Assembly (NCBI RefSeq): GCF_009914755.1
Contig: NC_060947.1
Strand: one strand, 5' to 3'
From: the human T2T-CHM13v2.0 reference genome, Homo sapiens
Length of the DNA: 64,000 nt
Shown: in pieces, positions 52,220 through 63,810 of the stretch
Layout: the number at the start of each line of letters is the position of its first letter
How positions within the stretch are numbered: the first letter of the stretch is position 1
Position numbers and translations under genes: made by a program
The notes under the pieces: generated by a model
The model's input: only the letters and a program-made list of their open reading frames with translations
The model's database searches: none
Told to the model about the DNA's origin: nothing

Positions 52220-53000
52220 AGGCGCTTCCTGCCTGGAAACAAAAGATTGGTCCCCAGTAGCCCACTCAGGGCGATTTTAGTTTTATGCTCACCATCTGAT
52301 TGGCCTAGGTAAGGTGCAGAGCTCGGGTGACGTAATAGCAGAGAAGGGCTAGGGAGCGGTTGCCGAGCAGGGGCTCTACCGCGGGCGGGCAGCTGTGCCA
52401 GCTAACCGTCTGGGATCTCGCACTGGGGGCTGCAGCTTTTCCCCGCCTCGAGCCAGTGTGCGGGGGCGGGAGAAGAGCCAGGGGGAGCGGGCTGGGCCCG
52501 GGGCTGCGGCTGCGGCCGCGGGGCTGCGGCTCCCCAGCCCCGCCAGCTGGAGCGCTCGGAGGTAGAGGAAAGGTCTTGACGGGGTGGCTGGATCCGTGGC
52601 AGGTAAATCCCGCGACTAACTGCACCCGGGCTACAGCGGGGGAGGGGGTGGCTGTTGGATGATGCTTTAAGGCTGCTGGGCAGATGTTCTGCCTTTCCGG
52701 ACCCCCCTCCTGTCCTGTTTGTGCCCCAGCCTCGAGTCTCCTACGTGGCTCCCCGGAGCCCTGAGACCAAGCGAGCAGTTTGCATGATCCCAGTTCGCGG
52801 ACAAGTGGGTGTGTCAGGGCCGTTCCCAGAGGGCCGGGGCTCCTTCGCTTGGTCAAACCCTAGACTCGTTTACTGGGGCCTGGGCCGCTTGAGGCAAAAC
52901 CCGCCTTGAAAGCTACGTCAGCCTGTAAGTCTTCCCTTTCACCCCCCCGCCCGCCCCCCTACCCAGCCCCAGTAGCTGTGACAGCAGTTCCCTAGAAAAG
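52220..53000 (+). promoter_or_regulatory. PAK3: CpG-island promoter with ETS-like site, two inverted CCAAT boxes and a CRE-like site
   Basis: CpG-rich; CTTCCTG 52225-52231, ATTGG 52246 and 52299, TGACGTAA 52328-52335; no TATA seen. Confidence 0.8.
52340..52602 (+). other. PAK3: Non-coding exon 1 (start approximate)
   Basis: GC-rich leader ending CAG|GTAAAT; gene identity from my recollection of the PAK3 5'UTR and four-non-coding-exon layout, not verified. Confidence 0.7.
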
Positions 53001-53054
53001 GGGAGGGGGTGTGGCCACGGTCTGGCCAAGTCCGGGGTAGAACCCCCCCGCCCC

Positions 53055-53056
<2 letters not shown>

Positions 53057-53106
<50 letters not shown>
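53057..53106 (+). repeat. (CA)n microsatellite, ~25 units
   Basis: Perfect run. Confidence 0.97.
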
Positions 53107-53110
<4 letters not shown>

Positions 53111-53584
53111 AAAGAGAAAAAGTGACGATTTTCTTAAACGGGCGCCTTCCCCTCTTTCTTTTATTTTTCTTTATCCCCCTCCCCTTTTTTTGGTGGGGGG
53201 ATGGTAATAACAGGGGGACCCTTTTCTTCTCCTGTGGGGATTGGAATGATGCAATAACGCCCCCAGAAAGCTCGGGGTCCCTGGATTGGCCCTCTCTTTG
53301 TCTGGGGAGCAGTGTCATTGGGTCCACTGCCTCTCCTTCTCTCCTGTTCCCCTTAGCTCGCTGGGGGACATTGCCCTCAGTTTGTGAACTGGCTCTGGCA
53401 AGATTACTGCCGCACTTTTGGGTGAACTGAACATTTTAGATTCTTACTCTGGCAAGTTTTCCTTCCCTAGGTGGTGGTTAAGGGGTGGGGTGGGGTGGGG
53501 GATGGTGGGAAGAGGGGGATGCAGGCAAGGAGAGAGATAGAGGCCCCACTTGTTTTTTTTTTTTTTTTTGGTCCCACCTTTCAG

Positions 53585-53651
53585 AATCCAGTTCCAGATT
53601 CTAGACTTGAGGGTTCTGGGCTGTTGGTCTGTAGAAGCGAAGGAGAGAAGG
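53585..53651 (+). other. PAK3: Non-coding exon 2 (67 nt)
   Basis: polyT tract..TTTCAG| acceptor; AGG|GTGAGT donor. Confidence 0.75.
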
Positions 53652-53769
53652 GTGAGTGGCTTGGCTTTGGGAAGCATGATGGGGGCGGTTGCAGTGCTAT
53701 TTTTAAAAAACGGCTTTCAGCAGGGAAGCCTTTAGCCATGTTAGTCTTGCTCCCCTCATGGTTTTGCAG

Positions 53770-53879
53770 ACTCAAATCCAGGCCAAGTGTATGGCTGTCT
53801 GAGGTATTGGAACAGAAGGAGGTCCATTCCTGTTGGTGACAACACCGTGGCCCTGTTCTGGGATGAGCAAGGTGTAAAG
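53770..53879 (+). other. PAK3: Non-coding exon 3 (110 nt)
   Basis: TTTTGCAG| acceptor; AAG|GTCAGT donor. Confidence 0.75.
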
Positions 53880-54664
53880 GTCAGTGCGGTTTTCACTGGG
53901 CCATTTGCAAAATTATAATTGGGCAAGATCTGTGATTTGGTACTTGAGGCCTCCAATCAGGGGCAACTTTGGGCAAAAAGACTTGATATGGTAATGAATG
54001 ACTAACAGGCAGAGGCTTGGAGAGAGAGCCATTTGTAAGCCTCTGTTTCTGGATACAAGTGTCATATCCCCCAGCCCATGCAAGAAGCAAAATGGGAAGA
54101 GACTAGGAGGTAGCCTGGGCAAGAGCTGACAGCTGAGAATCCTGAGGTCAGAGAGACCTTAGGATGTCAAGGAGCTGACCCTGCAAGTCTCCGGACAGGC
54201 AGCTGGGCCTTGTAGGAGAGATCTGACAGGAAAAGGAGGTTCACATGCAATAGGGTTATAAGCTAGGGGACACAGGACCCTAGGGACATTCTCACCAGCT
54301 AACCATTCCCACAGGTTGCAGAATTTCCTGGTCAGAGGTGGAAATGGTATATAGGGCAAACAAGTTTGCTGAGGTCTTGGGAGAGGGTGAGTGGTGGACA
54401 TACCAGGTGAGGGAAACGAGAAATAAAAAGAACTGCAGGGATGGGAAGGTGCTGACATCCGAGAGTTTGCTATTATGTGTTCAGAGACTAAGCTACTAAA
54501 TTAAGGTTAAAGAAGGTGGCCAAGGCAAAAAAAAAAAAAATCAGGTGTACAGATCAGATGTAGTAGGCAGGAAGGCAGGAGCAAACTAGAGAGAGAGAGA
54601 AGAAAAGTCGTGGCCTTACCAACAACCCAAAAGCCCTGAATTCTCTGGTGAGATAGGCAACTCT

Positions 54665-54960
54665 GGAGGTTGAGGCAGCTGTAGCTCAGCCAAGAATTAG
54701 AAGGATGATTCTAGATATTTAAAATCAACAGCATCCCCACCCACGTAACCCACCTTCAGGAACCAGTAGCTTTAACCAAGAGAACAAGAAACTCAATGAG
54801 CAGCAGCCTCAACAACTGGCTCTTTCCTCCTGGGTAAGGAGAGGGCAGTGGGGAAGGACGGTGCCTCAAAGGGAAGTGGAGGCGCTATCAATCTGGCCTA
54901 GACAGGTAGGTTGACTGCTTTTACATGGGTGGGCTGGGGCCTGGTCTGGGACCCCTGCTC
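54665..54960 (+). pseudogene. EBLM relic
   Basis: MILDI ~ LMLEI; IP..LQEPVAL/PRE/KKLNE ~ IP..VKEPLQLPREKKLTD; AINLA ~ AINAA; GPGLGP ~ GPLGP. Confidence 0.75.
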
Positions 54961-56387
54961 AAAAAAAAAAAAGAAAAAAAGCCCTCCTTCTCAGGATCCC
55001 TGGGGACCCTGTGTGCGCAGGGAACTGTGTAAAACCTTTACTTCGGAAGGTAAGTGCAGCGTTCTAGGCATCTGGGGCGTACTTAAGCCTCCGCTACGCG
55101 TCCCCCACCCCCACCCCCACCTGCCGGGGGCTAGGCGTTTCCCTCTGCAGGGCCTGGAATGGACTCGTCTGCCAAGTCGGCACTACACAGCTTCTCCAGC
55201 AGGGGGCGGAAAAGGGCCTGCAGCGACGCGCAGGACCCGAGTCCTCCATTTCAGGTGTGATGCTTCAGCCTCGGATCAACTAACAGCCACACATTTAAAA
55301 TCTCATTTAGGGTTACCGGAGAACCAAATGAACCTCCGGGTGTGGCAGTCTATTTCCATTTCCTCCCAGATATGCGTCGCTTCCTACCGCGCTCTGTGGC
55401 TTTGGAAGGCATTTGCATTTACCTACGCGGTGATTATTTGAGTCACTAATACACACAGCCTAACCGGGGGTTTAATTGGAAATGTTAATCAGTGCAATAG
55501 ATCTGTGTCTGATTTCCACATTTGGTCAGTTATCTGCAGGTTGGAGCAATCTGTGCTGAACCCAGGGGATGCAATGAGGAGCAAAACGGTGCAGCTACAG
55601 CTGGGTCTAAGTCTGGGAAACATAATGGGGAGATGGACCTTGAAAACTGGAAAGAGAGTAACAATTTACTGGTGGGAAGAGGAAATCATTAGAAAGGTGT
55701 AGTCACAGAGAGGCCTGATTGCTGAGATGGAATAGGATGGCCTTGGAACCCACATGGTGGAGAGGGAGGCCAGAGTTTTTCTTTGAGGTTGGAGGGGGCT
55801 GAATTTGGAGAGTGAAGTTTTTTAGGGGCCAAAGGACCAGGAACTGGGGTGGAATGAACCCTGGGAGTCAGAAGTCAAGTGTTATGGAGGGCTAGGGCCT
55901 GGTCTGGGACCCCCAAACACACTGTCCCAGACAGTGACAGTCTGGGACCCCTGTTGTGTTTGGGGGTCCCAGACAGTGTGTTTGCCCCTCTCTAGGCCTC
56001 AGTTTCCTTGTCTTTCAAACGATGAACTTGGCACTAGTTGTTCTATAAGGTGGTCCATTTATTCTTGGTAATGAAGACAGGTCCACTAAAGTATAGCCCT
56101 CTTCTTCCCCTGTCAGAAAAATTACCCCTTCTTTTTTTGTATGCCCTCCAGTTTTAGGGAAAACAATACAAAACAACCCCACAACCACATATATTTCATC
56201 TCTTTCAACAGTGTGGCTTTACTTTTACTTCATGTGAATGGGGAACAGGAGGGAAAAGAGAAGTCCAAGTTAATAATCTGCTAGGGACCCTATAACCAAG
56301 CCCCTGAAAGGTTCTGTGTGGCTGGGTCTCACAGACCTGAGTGGATGGGTGGGTGGCGTATATTCACTAGTGGCCCTTACTCCCTAA
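54911..56387 (+). pseudogene. EBLG relic overlapping the end of M (L2 ~55520-55720 and MIR ~55860-56050 inside)
   Basis: AFTWVGWGLVWDPCS ~ ARTFDLQGLSCNTDS; VRRELCKTFT..CSV ~ IRRLCHTPT..CEV; IQNNP ~ LQTNT; DPI; GWVGGVYSLVAL ~ AWLGGVLYLISL. Confidence 0.7.
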
Positions 56388-56389
56388 CT

Positions 56390-58560
56390 CAATCTCAAAA
56401 CAGAAAGTCTTGGGATGAAGGTGAAGGAAGGGCCTGGCTTAGGGCGTATATCCTTCTCCTTCGTGCCCTCCTCCCATATCTCACTGTGAGCCCCAGGCAC
56501 TTTTTGGAATTCAGCACCCTAAAAGAAACACTATCCTTAACAATCAGCACAACAGTGCCCTCTAGTGACCTTAATGGGGACAATTTTAAGAGCTCCCCAT
56601 GCATCCCCGGTCCCAGCCTGGTCACCAGTGCCCTTGTGCAGCGGTTACTCCTTGTGGAGAAGGCTCCCAGTCCTTCCAACCAGCCTGACAGAGAAACTCA
56701 GCCAGCCACCGTTTCCTGCAAGTCCTTCTCCTTGCATATATGGATGGGGCTGGGGGTTCACAGAGGGAGTCAGCTCCCCACAACTTCCTCTCCAGCGTTG
56801 TTTCCTTTGGGCCTGAAAAAGGTTCCAAACCTCCTTTCCTAGACAGCTTCGGTGCTGAGCAAGATACTTGGCATGGGAAGGCTCTGTGGTAGACAGAGTA
56901 GTTGTCCATAGCTTCCACCTACCCCCACCGCCAAGGTGGCAGCCCTAGTCCCCAGACAGAGATTCTGTCAGGAAGTTGGAATGCAGCAAGGTGGCTGGGG
57001 GTGGAGTTGGGTTAGTGATGGGTATTGGGTATGTACAAGATGTGTGCACTGATTTCTACCTCAGTCTCCAACAGGAGGCTGAGCCATAGGTGTACAACAA
57101 GGCGGTATAGGCATACAACATGATGTAGGCACACAATGCCCACAACACTATACAGACACACAACATGGCATAAAGATATGACACAATACGAATTAGACAC
57201 ATTGCACATACACAAAGGATGGAAGAGATGCAATTCACATGCAACACAGTACAGACACATAGCACTCACACAGTAGCTTATTGACATGATCACGTATACA
57301 ACATGATATTAACAGGACACTGTACACACACACGATATGATGCAGACTCAATACATGCATGTCATGGTAGATATGACACAGCACACATACACAGACATAC
57401 AACATGGTACAGGGAACTGTGCAGATATACATGACCCAGTATGCACATGTGCTCACACACAGGATATCTCCCCTTGCCCTACTCTCAACACAACACACCC
57501 CCAGGCAGGTGAGAGGAGTGTGGCTACCAGGTGGAATACTGTGTCCTGTCAGTTGATTCTGCACTGACTCAAGCAAGTGGTGAAATAAAGGCAGGTTGCC
57601 ATGGAGTTAAAAAGTGGTGCTACAATTGAGGCTGGGGGGAGGGGGAGGTAAGCTTCAGGAAAGCTCTTGATCTTGCTCTAAAACATGGAGGTTCTTGGTA
57701 GTACAGGTTGGGGGTGTGTTCTCCTTCTCTTACATCCTCTAGTATTGTTTCCCACCCCAGTGGGTGGATGCTGCCTCTGCTGTCTGCCCTCATCCCCAGA
57801 GATGGGCAGGGGGCTTCTTGAGGCCATTCTTCCTGTGTCCTCCTTGAGCCCCACCCCTCTCTGGAGCTTTGGCAGCTCGCACCCCTCTCCCCCTCACCCC
57901 ACCCTCTTGCAGGGTGAGCTCACGTAGGGAGGGAGGGGGCGAGTACACCATTCAATGGTGCAGTGGGTGGGATTTGGAAAGGCTGCCTGGAGTGTGCATG
58001 TGGGAAGCACACATGGAATGCCAGGGATGCTGGGGGACAGACATGCTCTGGAGTCTTGCCCAAGAGCAAGAGGCAGACCCAGAGTATGGCTTGGAGTTTT
58101 AATTCCAGAAGGGGGAATTGGAGATCATGGGGCTTTTCTTGGCTCCCTAAGGCTTCAATTTTGCAATCTCCGTGTTTAGATATCCATCTAGCCATCTCTT
58201 TGGATTAGGACCCTGTTCATTCTGGTCTGTAATAAATAGGTGCTAGCCTGAATCATGCCTCCTTGAGAATTAGCATGTAGTTTCTGCTTTTCTTTGAGGA
58301 CAAACACCACTGTGGGAAGGGGAAAGGAAAGCAGAGTAGGAAGGATTGCAGAGCTTGGGGTTCTACAAAGAGAAGATCAGCCTCTCCCTTGAGAGGCTCA
58401 AATGATTGTGGGAAAAGGCAGAAAGGGAGGGGTCAAAGAGACTCAGTCTCCTTCATGGTTAGACATGGAAACCTCTGTGGGAAAAATAGGGTAAATTATC
58501 ACCAAGCAACAACAGTAAACAGTATGTATTCATCCTAAGAAACCTGGGGAGTACTGTGGA
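56390..58560 (+). pseudogene. EBLL relic following M-G (CA-rich tract ~57100-57500 inside)
   Basis: MKVK/GR..LRAY..LLPYL ~ LKVKGR..IRIY..VMPYL; YGLEF*FQK ~ YGLSIIDLFQK; SWG ~ TWG; GQTPLWEG ~ GDQPLYLG; SWL; QYVF ~ QHVF. Confidence 0.6.
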
Positions 58561-59184
58561 AGACTTACCTGGTGGAGACAGGAGAAGGTAGAGGGAAGCT
58601 CCAATTAGGGTCAGAGGCTGGGGCCTTCAGCACCTGTGAGATGGTAGCAAATTAGGAGACCTCAGAATGCTGTTGCCTGGCAGACAGACTTTTTTTCCAC
58701 TTCTCCAGTGAAAGAGGTTAGTGAAAAGGGGAATGGAAATGGAGGTGGAGACTTAGAGTTGAGGGATGAACTGAACTGAACTGAATGCAGTGCCACAACA
58801 TCAGGAAGCTCACATATTCACAGAGCCAACCTTCATTGGCCATTGTCTCTCAGTTTCCTTTTGTCCACTGGACTCTACCACCTCCTGTGATTATACACAT
58901 TGCTCCATAATTATGCAGACTATGTAAATATTTCACATCTGTCCTATTTGATTTAGTTCTTCCAACACTTACCCAAGGCAACTAAGGCAGGCCTTTTCAC
59001 TTGATACTAAGCAGGCCCAGAATGATGAGGTGACTAACAGCAATTCTCAGCTTGTAACTCCCAACTCCTGACTCCCACTTCCGTGCCCTTTCTGGAATCC
59101 TATGTAACAATGCCTTTTTACACTTCTTAGCCCTCTGATTTTCTAGCTTTCTTAAGAGATATTCTGAAATTCACCAGAGAGATT

Positions 59185-59234
59185 GAGAAAGAGAGAGAGA
59201 GAGAGTGTGTGTGTGTGTGTATGAGAGAGAGAGT

Positions 59235-59270
<36 letters not shown>
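59185..59270 (+). repeat. Compound (GA)n/(TG)n microsatellite upstream of exon 4
   Basis: Visible runs. Confidence 0.9.
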
Positions 59271-59271
<1 letters not shown>

Positions 59272-59309
59272 GTTTGGTGGGAGTTGGATGAGGGAGCAGT
59301 AGCAGGTGG

Positions 59310-59700
59310 GGAAAGAGGTTCCCTCTCCCCTACAATGCTTCTCTCAGCAGGTTTCCCCCAAGAAAGAGCAGCTGAGTCCTTGCATCTTGTGGCAGCTGGT
59401 GTGCCCAGCACTGAGTCTGTAGGAGCTGAAGCCAGCCCGGACCCTTCTCATGGGCAGTGCCCACCTGTGCTGAAGTCCTGCAGCGGTGGCGGTGTGAGGT
59501 GAGTAATGGAGTCCAGGGCAGGGAGTTAGGGATCTCCAAATCCAGGCAAATGCTGCTTTTCCACCAGATCTCCCAATATCAAAGACTCTGCCTAGACCTC
59601 GTGAGCTAGGCCTCAGGGCATGACCCCTATGTTCTGGGGAATTTTGCCCAGTACAGCTGCCTTTAGTCTCTTGCCTCCCTCCCATCTCTAATATGGGAAT
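59310..59700 (+). pseudogene. EBLN relic under exon 4
   Basis: SLHLVAAGVPSTESVGAE ~ SLLIGVVIGSSSKIKAGAE; PSHGQCPPVL ~ PSHGETATLL; VR*V/NG..AGS ~ IDWINGQPWVGS; MT ~ QMTTY. Confidence 0.7.
59351..59498 (+). other. PAK3: Non-coding exon 4 (148 nt; NAGNAG acceptor 59348/59351)
   Basis: cttctctCAGCAG| acceptor; GAG|GTGAGT donor. Confidence 0.78.
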
Positions 59701-60629
59701 GACAGCCTTGACCTACATTTTGGGGTGAGGAGGAGAAACAACATAACAATCGTTGCCAAGTCCGTTGCAGATGTCAAGCACCATCTAAGAGCTTCAGTAT
59801 AACACAGACATGCTTCCCATCAAGCTGTCATTTTCTTTTCTCCTCCTTTCCTGGTGCCTGGGTGGCTTTTCAGCCACATGCTGCAAATTTGCCATTCAGT
59901 TCCTATGATTTCTACTGCCCCATAACCTTAATTTTACCTTCCTGTTTGAAGTGTACCCCCACCCCTTCCATCCCTGCTTCTGGGCCTGTCAGACTTAGCT
60001 TAAACCTTCCCAAACCTTCCCTCTGCTTTCCCACCCAACCAAGATGCACTTCCTCCACCAGGTCTCCAACAGCACTTGAGTCTGTAGCGTGCAGGGTAGC
60101 ACTTGCTGCCCTACTGCCTTAAATAAGTCTTGCATGGTTTCTGGAGTATTCATCTTACCAGGAAAACTAGATTGTAAGCTCTTCAAGGGCAGGGACTAGA
60201 TCTTACAGATCTCTAGTCTCCCTTAAAAGGGCTCAAAAGTTCCCCAGCAGCTTTGCAAGTTGGGCCTCTCTCTCTTCCTCTGCATTTCTTTCAGGTTTCA
60301 TGGCCTGTCTCTCCGATCATCTATTTGTTTTTTTGTCTGCCTTTCAGGCAGGCATTATAACTTCTTCTGTCAGCTTCTCCATCTGGCCTCTGTTGCTATT
60401 CCCTGCAGTCCAGCTACCTGCTTGTAGCTTGCTGTCCCTCTGTCTGGTCTTCTGTCTATCAGTTGCTTAGGCATCTCTCCTATTACCCAAATCAAAAAAC
60501 AACCAACAAAATTAAAAAAAAAAAACAGAAAAACTAAACAAAAAACAAGCAAGGAATAAGCAATGTAGTTCCCTTTCACACTGAGCATACAATGCGCCTA
60601 CAGACAAGGTAAAACTGCAGCTCAGCAGC

Positions 60630-60830
60630 AGGTGTTTCTGTGATGCCTTCTTATGAAAGGGAAGCTCCAGAGTTTCAGCCATGGAATTGAAGGTATGAAA
60701 TTACAGCCTTGTTGATACTGATGCATTCAACTTTCTAGCGATGTTCTGGTAGGGGATCCTCTTTAGGCCTTGACGGACAGAAGGTAACTAGGACTGACTA
60801 AAATGAGAAGCCCCTGAATCGCTCTTTGGT
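60630..60830 (+). pseudogene. Candidate EBLN fragment
   Basis: AFL*KG..R ~ AFVHG..R; YEITA ~ LEISS; LVG; LNRS ~ LNRP (short matches). Confidence 0.4.
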
Positions 60831-60844
60831 GTTCTGTGACAGAT

Positions 60845-61075
60845 GCAATAATAACTTGTATTTATTGTCTACTGTTGCCAGCTCTGTGCTAGGCTCTTTA
60901 CTGGCATGATACCATTTTCTCCTATGATAATCTTGCAAGGTAGGTATTTTTTTTTCTAATAGTTATTGCTGTTTCTGATTATACAAGTGATACTAGCTGA
61001 AGTTAGGTATTATCATCATTACTGTTTTACCAAGGAGGAGATAGAGGCTGAGAGAAGCTAAGTAACTTGCCTGTA
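60845..61075 (-). mobile_element. MIR
   Basis: tatttattgtctactgttgccagctctgtgctagg..gaggctgagagaagctaagtaacttgcc. Confidence 0.75.
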
Positions 61076-61159
61076 ACAGAAGACATGCTGTGGCTTTGGG
61101 AAGAAAGAGACTTCCTGGAGAGAGTTTCCCAGCATCCAAAGTTATTTTGGTATCTTTAG

Positions 61160-62885
61160 TTCATGCACATACACATACATACTCTCACAAGCACATTCTT
61201 GTACTCTTGTACATTCACACAGTCACATCATCCCCTGGGCTCACTCACTTTTCATACTGGAGTCATTCAAAATGATGATCACTCTTATGCCCTCACCCTC
61301 ACACACAATCATATTTACATACATGCTACATTTAGGTACATTCACACTGCCACAAATTCACATTCACGTATTCACATTTTCATATTGATGCACACAACAC
61401 ACTTACCATACACCCCACCCTCATGTTCACAGACACTCACACCTTTGTGCTATTAATATCATATTCTCACACACACACACAATCATACACTTTCACACTT
61501 ACATTCACACAGAGGATACAATCACCTTTGCCTGCCCAAATTCCTGTATAGTCATACATACTCTATACACAAATAATACATTGACATTCCCCCTGCACAC
61601 ACTCCAACTGTTTCTTATGCTCACAGCCATTCATACACTCAATTTCATACACTCCAGTGTACTTGCATTGATGTCATCACTGTTTCTTCCTCACAGTCAC
61701 AAACTTATCACAGGGACACAAACGTGCATACATGCTCATATATCCACGTTTATATTTTCTCACATCATAAGCACCATCTCACCCACTTGCACTTTTACAC
61801 TTAGAATTACACACTTTTGCATTCACATACACAGAGCTAAAACAACCTCCCTACTCCTGACACATTCACACATAATCACATTCATACATAGAAACACACA
61901 TTTTGCCACACATTCACACTCACACACTCACTTTCTTCACACTGAGACATCATCACACTCTATACCAAACTTGCAGGCACATACACTGAAATACAACCAT
62001 ACACACATATTTTTATAAACTCAGCCATTTTCACTGAAAACCATCACTCTACCCTCTCAAACTCAAGCACAATCACTTACACACACAGGTATAGTCACAT
62101 TGACTGACACATATATAGGCTTATTCACATTCAGTACTCATACAAATTCACATAAACATACATACTGCACATGTACTTAACACTCACATATTCACTCACT
62201 TTCACATTCACGACTGTACACTCAAAATTATACACGCCCTTATTCCCACAGACAAGCACTCCTCCACATTCGTGTACATGCACATGTGTACCCCCTCACA
62301 CACCATCCCCCACTCGTACATCACACATTTTCACACTGGCCCAATCACACTTACCACACACTCACATTCTTATACATTCCCACTCTTCTACTTTCATACT
62401 GACACACCCTTACTCACTTCGCTACACACGTTTGCACCAGTGCACATATAATGACATGCACAGTCACTGACTTGCATTCATGCTAGCACATACCACACTG
62501 ACATACACAATTCACATTGCAATAGTTGACTGTGCTTCACACAGGCAATTACTGATACCACATATGACAACATAGACTCACACTCACACTCGCCATGCCA
62601 CATTCTCACTTACATTGATACACTTACACTGACACACCTGTTCAGGAAGTCAAACACTCTCCCGTAATCCACCATGTACTCTTACTCAGACTCTCACATG
62701 AACACGTTGACACTTAACTACCACTGAGATAATCACATTGACCCACATCTATTCACATTGATTCACACATACTGCTAGTGACCCACACTCTCACTCATAC
62801 GTACTTTCCCAAACTCTTACACATCCCCCTCCCATCCCAATAGCCCTGCATTTATATACTTTCTCACTGACACACACACACGGAT
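61160..62885 (+). repeat. Degenerate CA/ACAT-rich low-complexity tract
   Basis: ~1.7 kb of cacac/acat/ctcac words, G-poor on +. Confidence 0.85.
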
Positions 62886-62964
62886 ACATCTAATTGCAAG
62901 AAATAGTTTATATTCACAGTTGTCTCTTTTTTCTTTGTTTGCCACTAGTGCTCTCCTCACCCCT

Positions 62965-63810
62965 GCTGAAAGGTTATATTGGCAACCAGTTGCCAGAGGA
63001 AAAATGTTGGTCTCATCCAGGAGGTCAATGAGAAATAGATCCTTTCAGAGCAGAAAGGAGTAGAATTTATGTCTAGGATTAAAAAAGAAAAGGCTCAAAC
63101 CCACAGATCAAGTTTTCCTTATCCTTTCCACATACTTTTTCTTTTTTCAGAAATCATCTCCAATACAGCCTTAGCCAGTCCTGTCCAACACAGGTTGGAG
63201 TTTAGATGGTGTGTTTATTTTCTGGAAGTTTATGGCTTAACTTGCTACCTCATTTCTTTCCTATAGTGAAAGGAAGATGAAGGATGTGTTTCTTTATGTG
63301 CTGTTAATGGTTTCTTATGCAAAAGTGCATGTCTCTGGTTTTATATTTATGATCTGGAATTGCCTGCTGATTACACACATGGAAAGGGCAGGCCTGCTTC
63401 CACCAGGCACCTCTAATCTAGCCAGGTATACTTAATACCCTGTTAACCCTGGAACATGGCACTCAAGGAAAGGAAAGAGAAGGTTAATGAACTAGCTGGA
63501 TGATAAGGTAAATTTGTACTGTAAGTGTTCATGTGCGATAGTAGACCCCACTGAAATTTCAACAGCTGTTACTAACAAGTTACAAGAGGAGATTTTTCAG
63601 TAGGCGTGGATAAAGACAAGCTGAAGGAAGTTTCTTGCACTTCAGAAAGACTGTAGATTTCCCTGCAAGTGGATAAAAAGAAGCACAAACCCAGGAGTGA
63701 ACTAATGGATCAGGAGCCTGGTGCAAGAGTCATGTGCCAACAGAGATTTGAAAACACAAGAGCATCTTGCAAGGGTGTCTCTAGTACATGGCTTCTCCTG
63801 CTGGAGTCAC
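62965..63810 (+). pseudogene. EBLL relic (approx. L 290-645)
   Basis: KCWSHP ~ KSWYFP; FRAERSRIYV ~ FRAEFIKGYV; FSEIISNTALAS..LEF ~ FNDIVSDKAIIS..FEY; VNLYCKCSC ~ INLDYSSWC; RPTEI..L..IF ~ RPEL..L..MF; SCW. Confidence 0.75.

Larger units (their letters stand above)
53575..54120 (-). pseudogene. EBLL relic (approx. L 785-965) antisense under exons 2-3
   Basis: LPPSL ~ LPPAI; SLCLL..PLIGGL ~ TLCLV..PSIGGL; LHLAHP ~ LRIAPYP; VVTN..PPSVPIPQ ~ LVTDPTSLNIAQ; AWI ~ RWI; PFSP ~ PLRP. Confidence 0.6.

Noticed and set aside
52305-52856. 183-aa minus-strand ORF
   Set aside because: Expected stop-poor frame in a CpG island; no recognisable domain.
54160-54420. Possible extra capping-domain piece on minus (LTRKFCNLWEW, IACEP)
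   Set aside because: Too few anchors and poor spacing.
55125-55165. ARRFPLQGL resembling G ARTFDLQGL
   Set aside because: Out of order relative to the collinear G match at 54915-55060; chance or a small duplication, so not counted.
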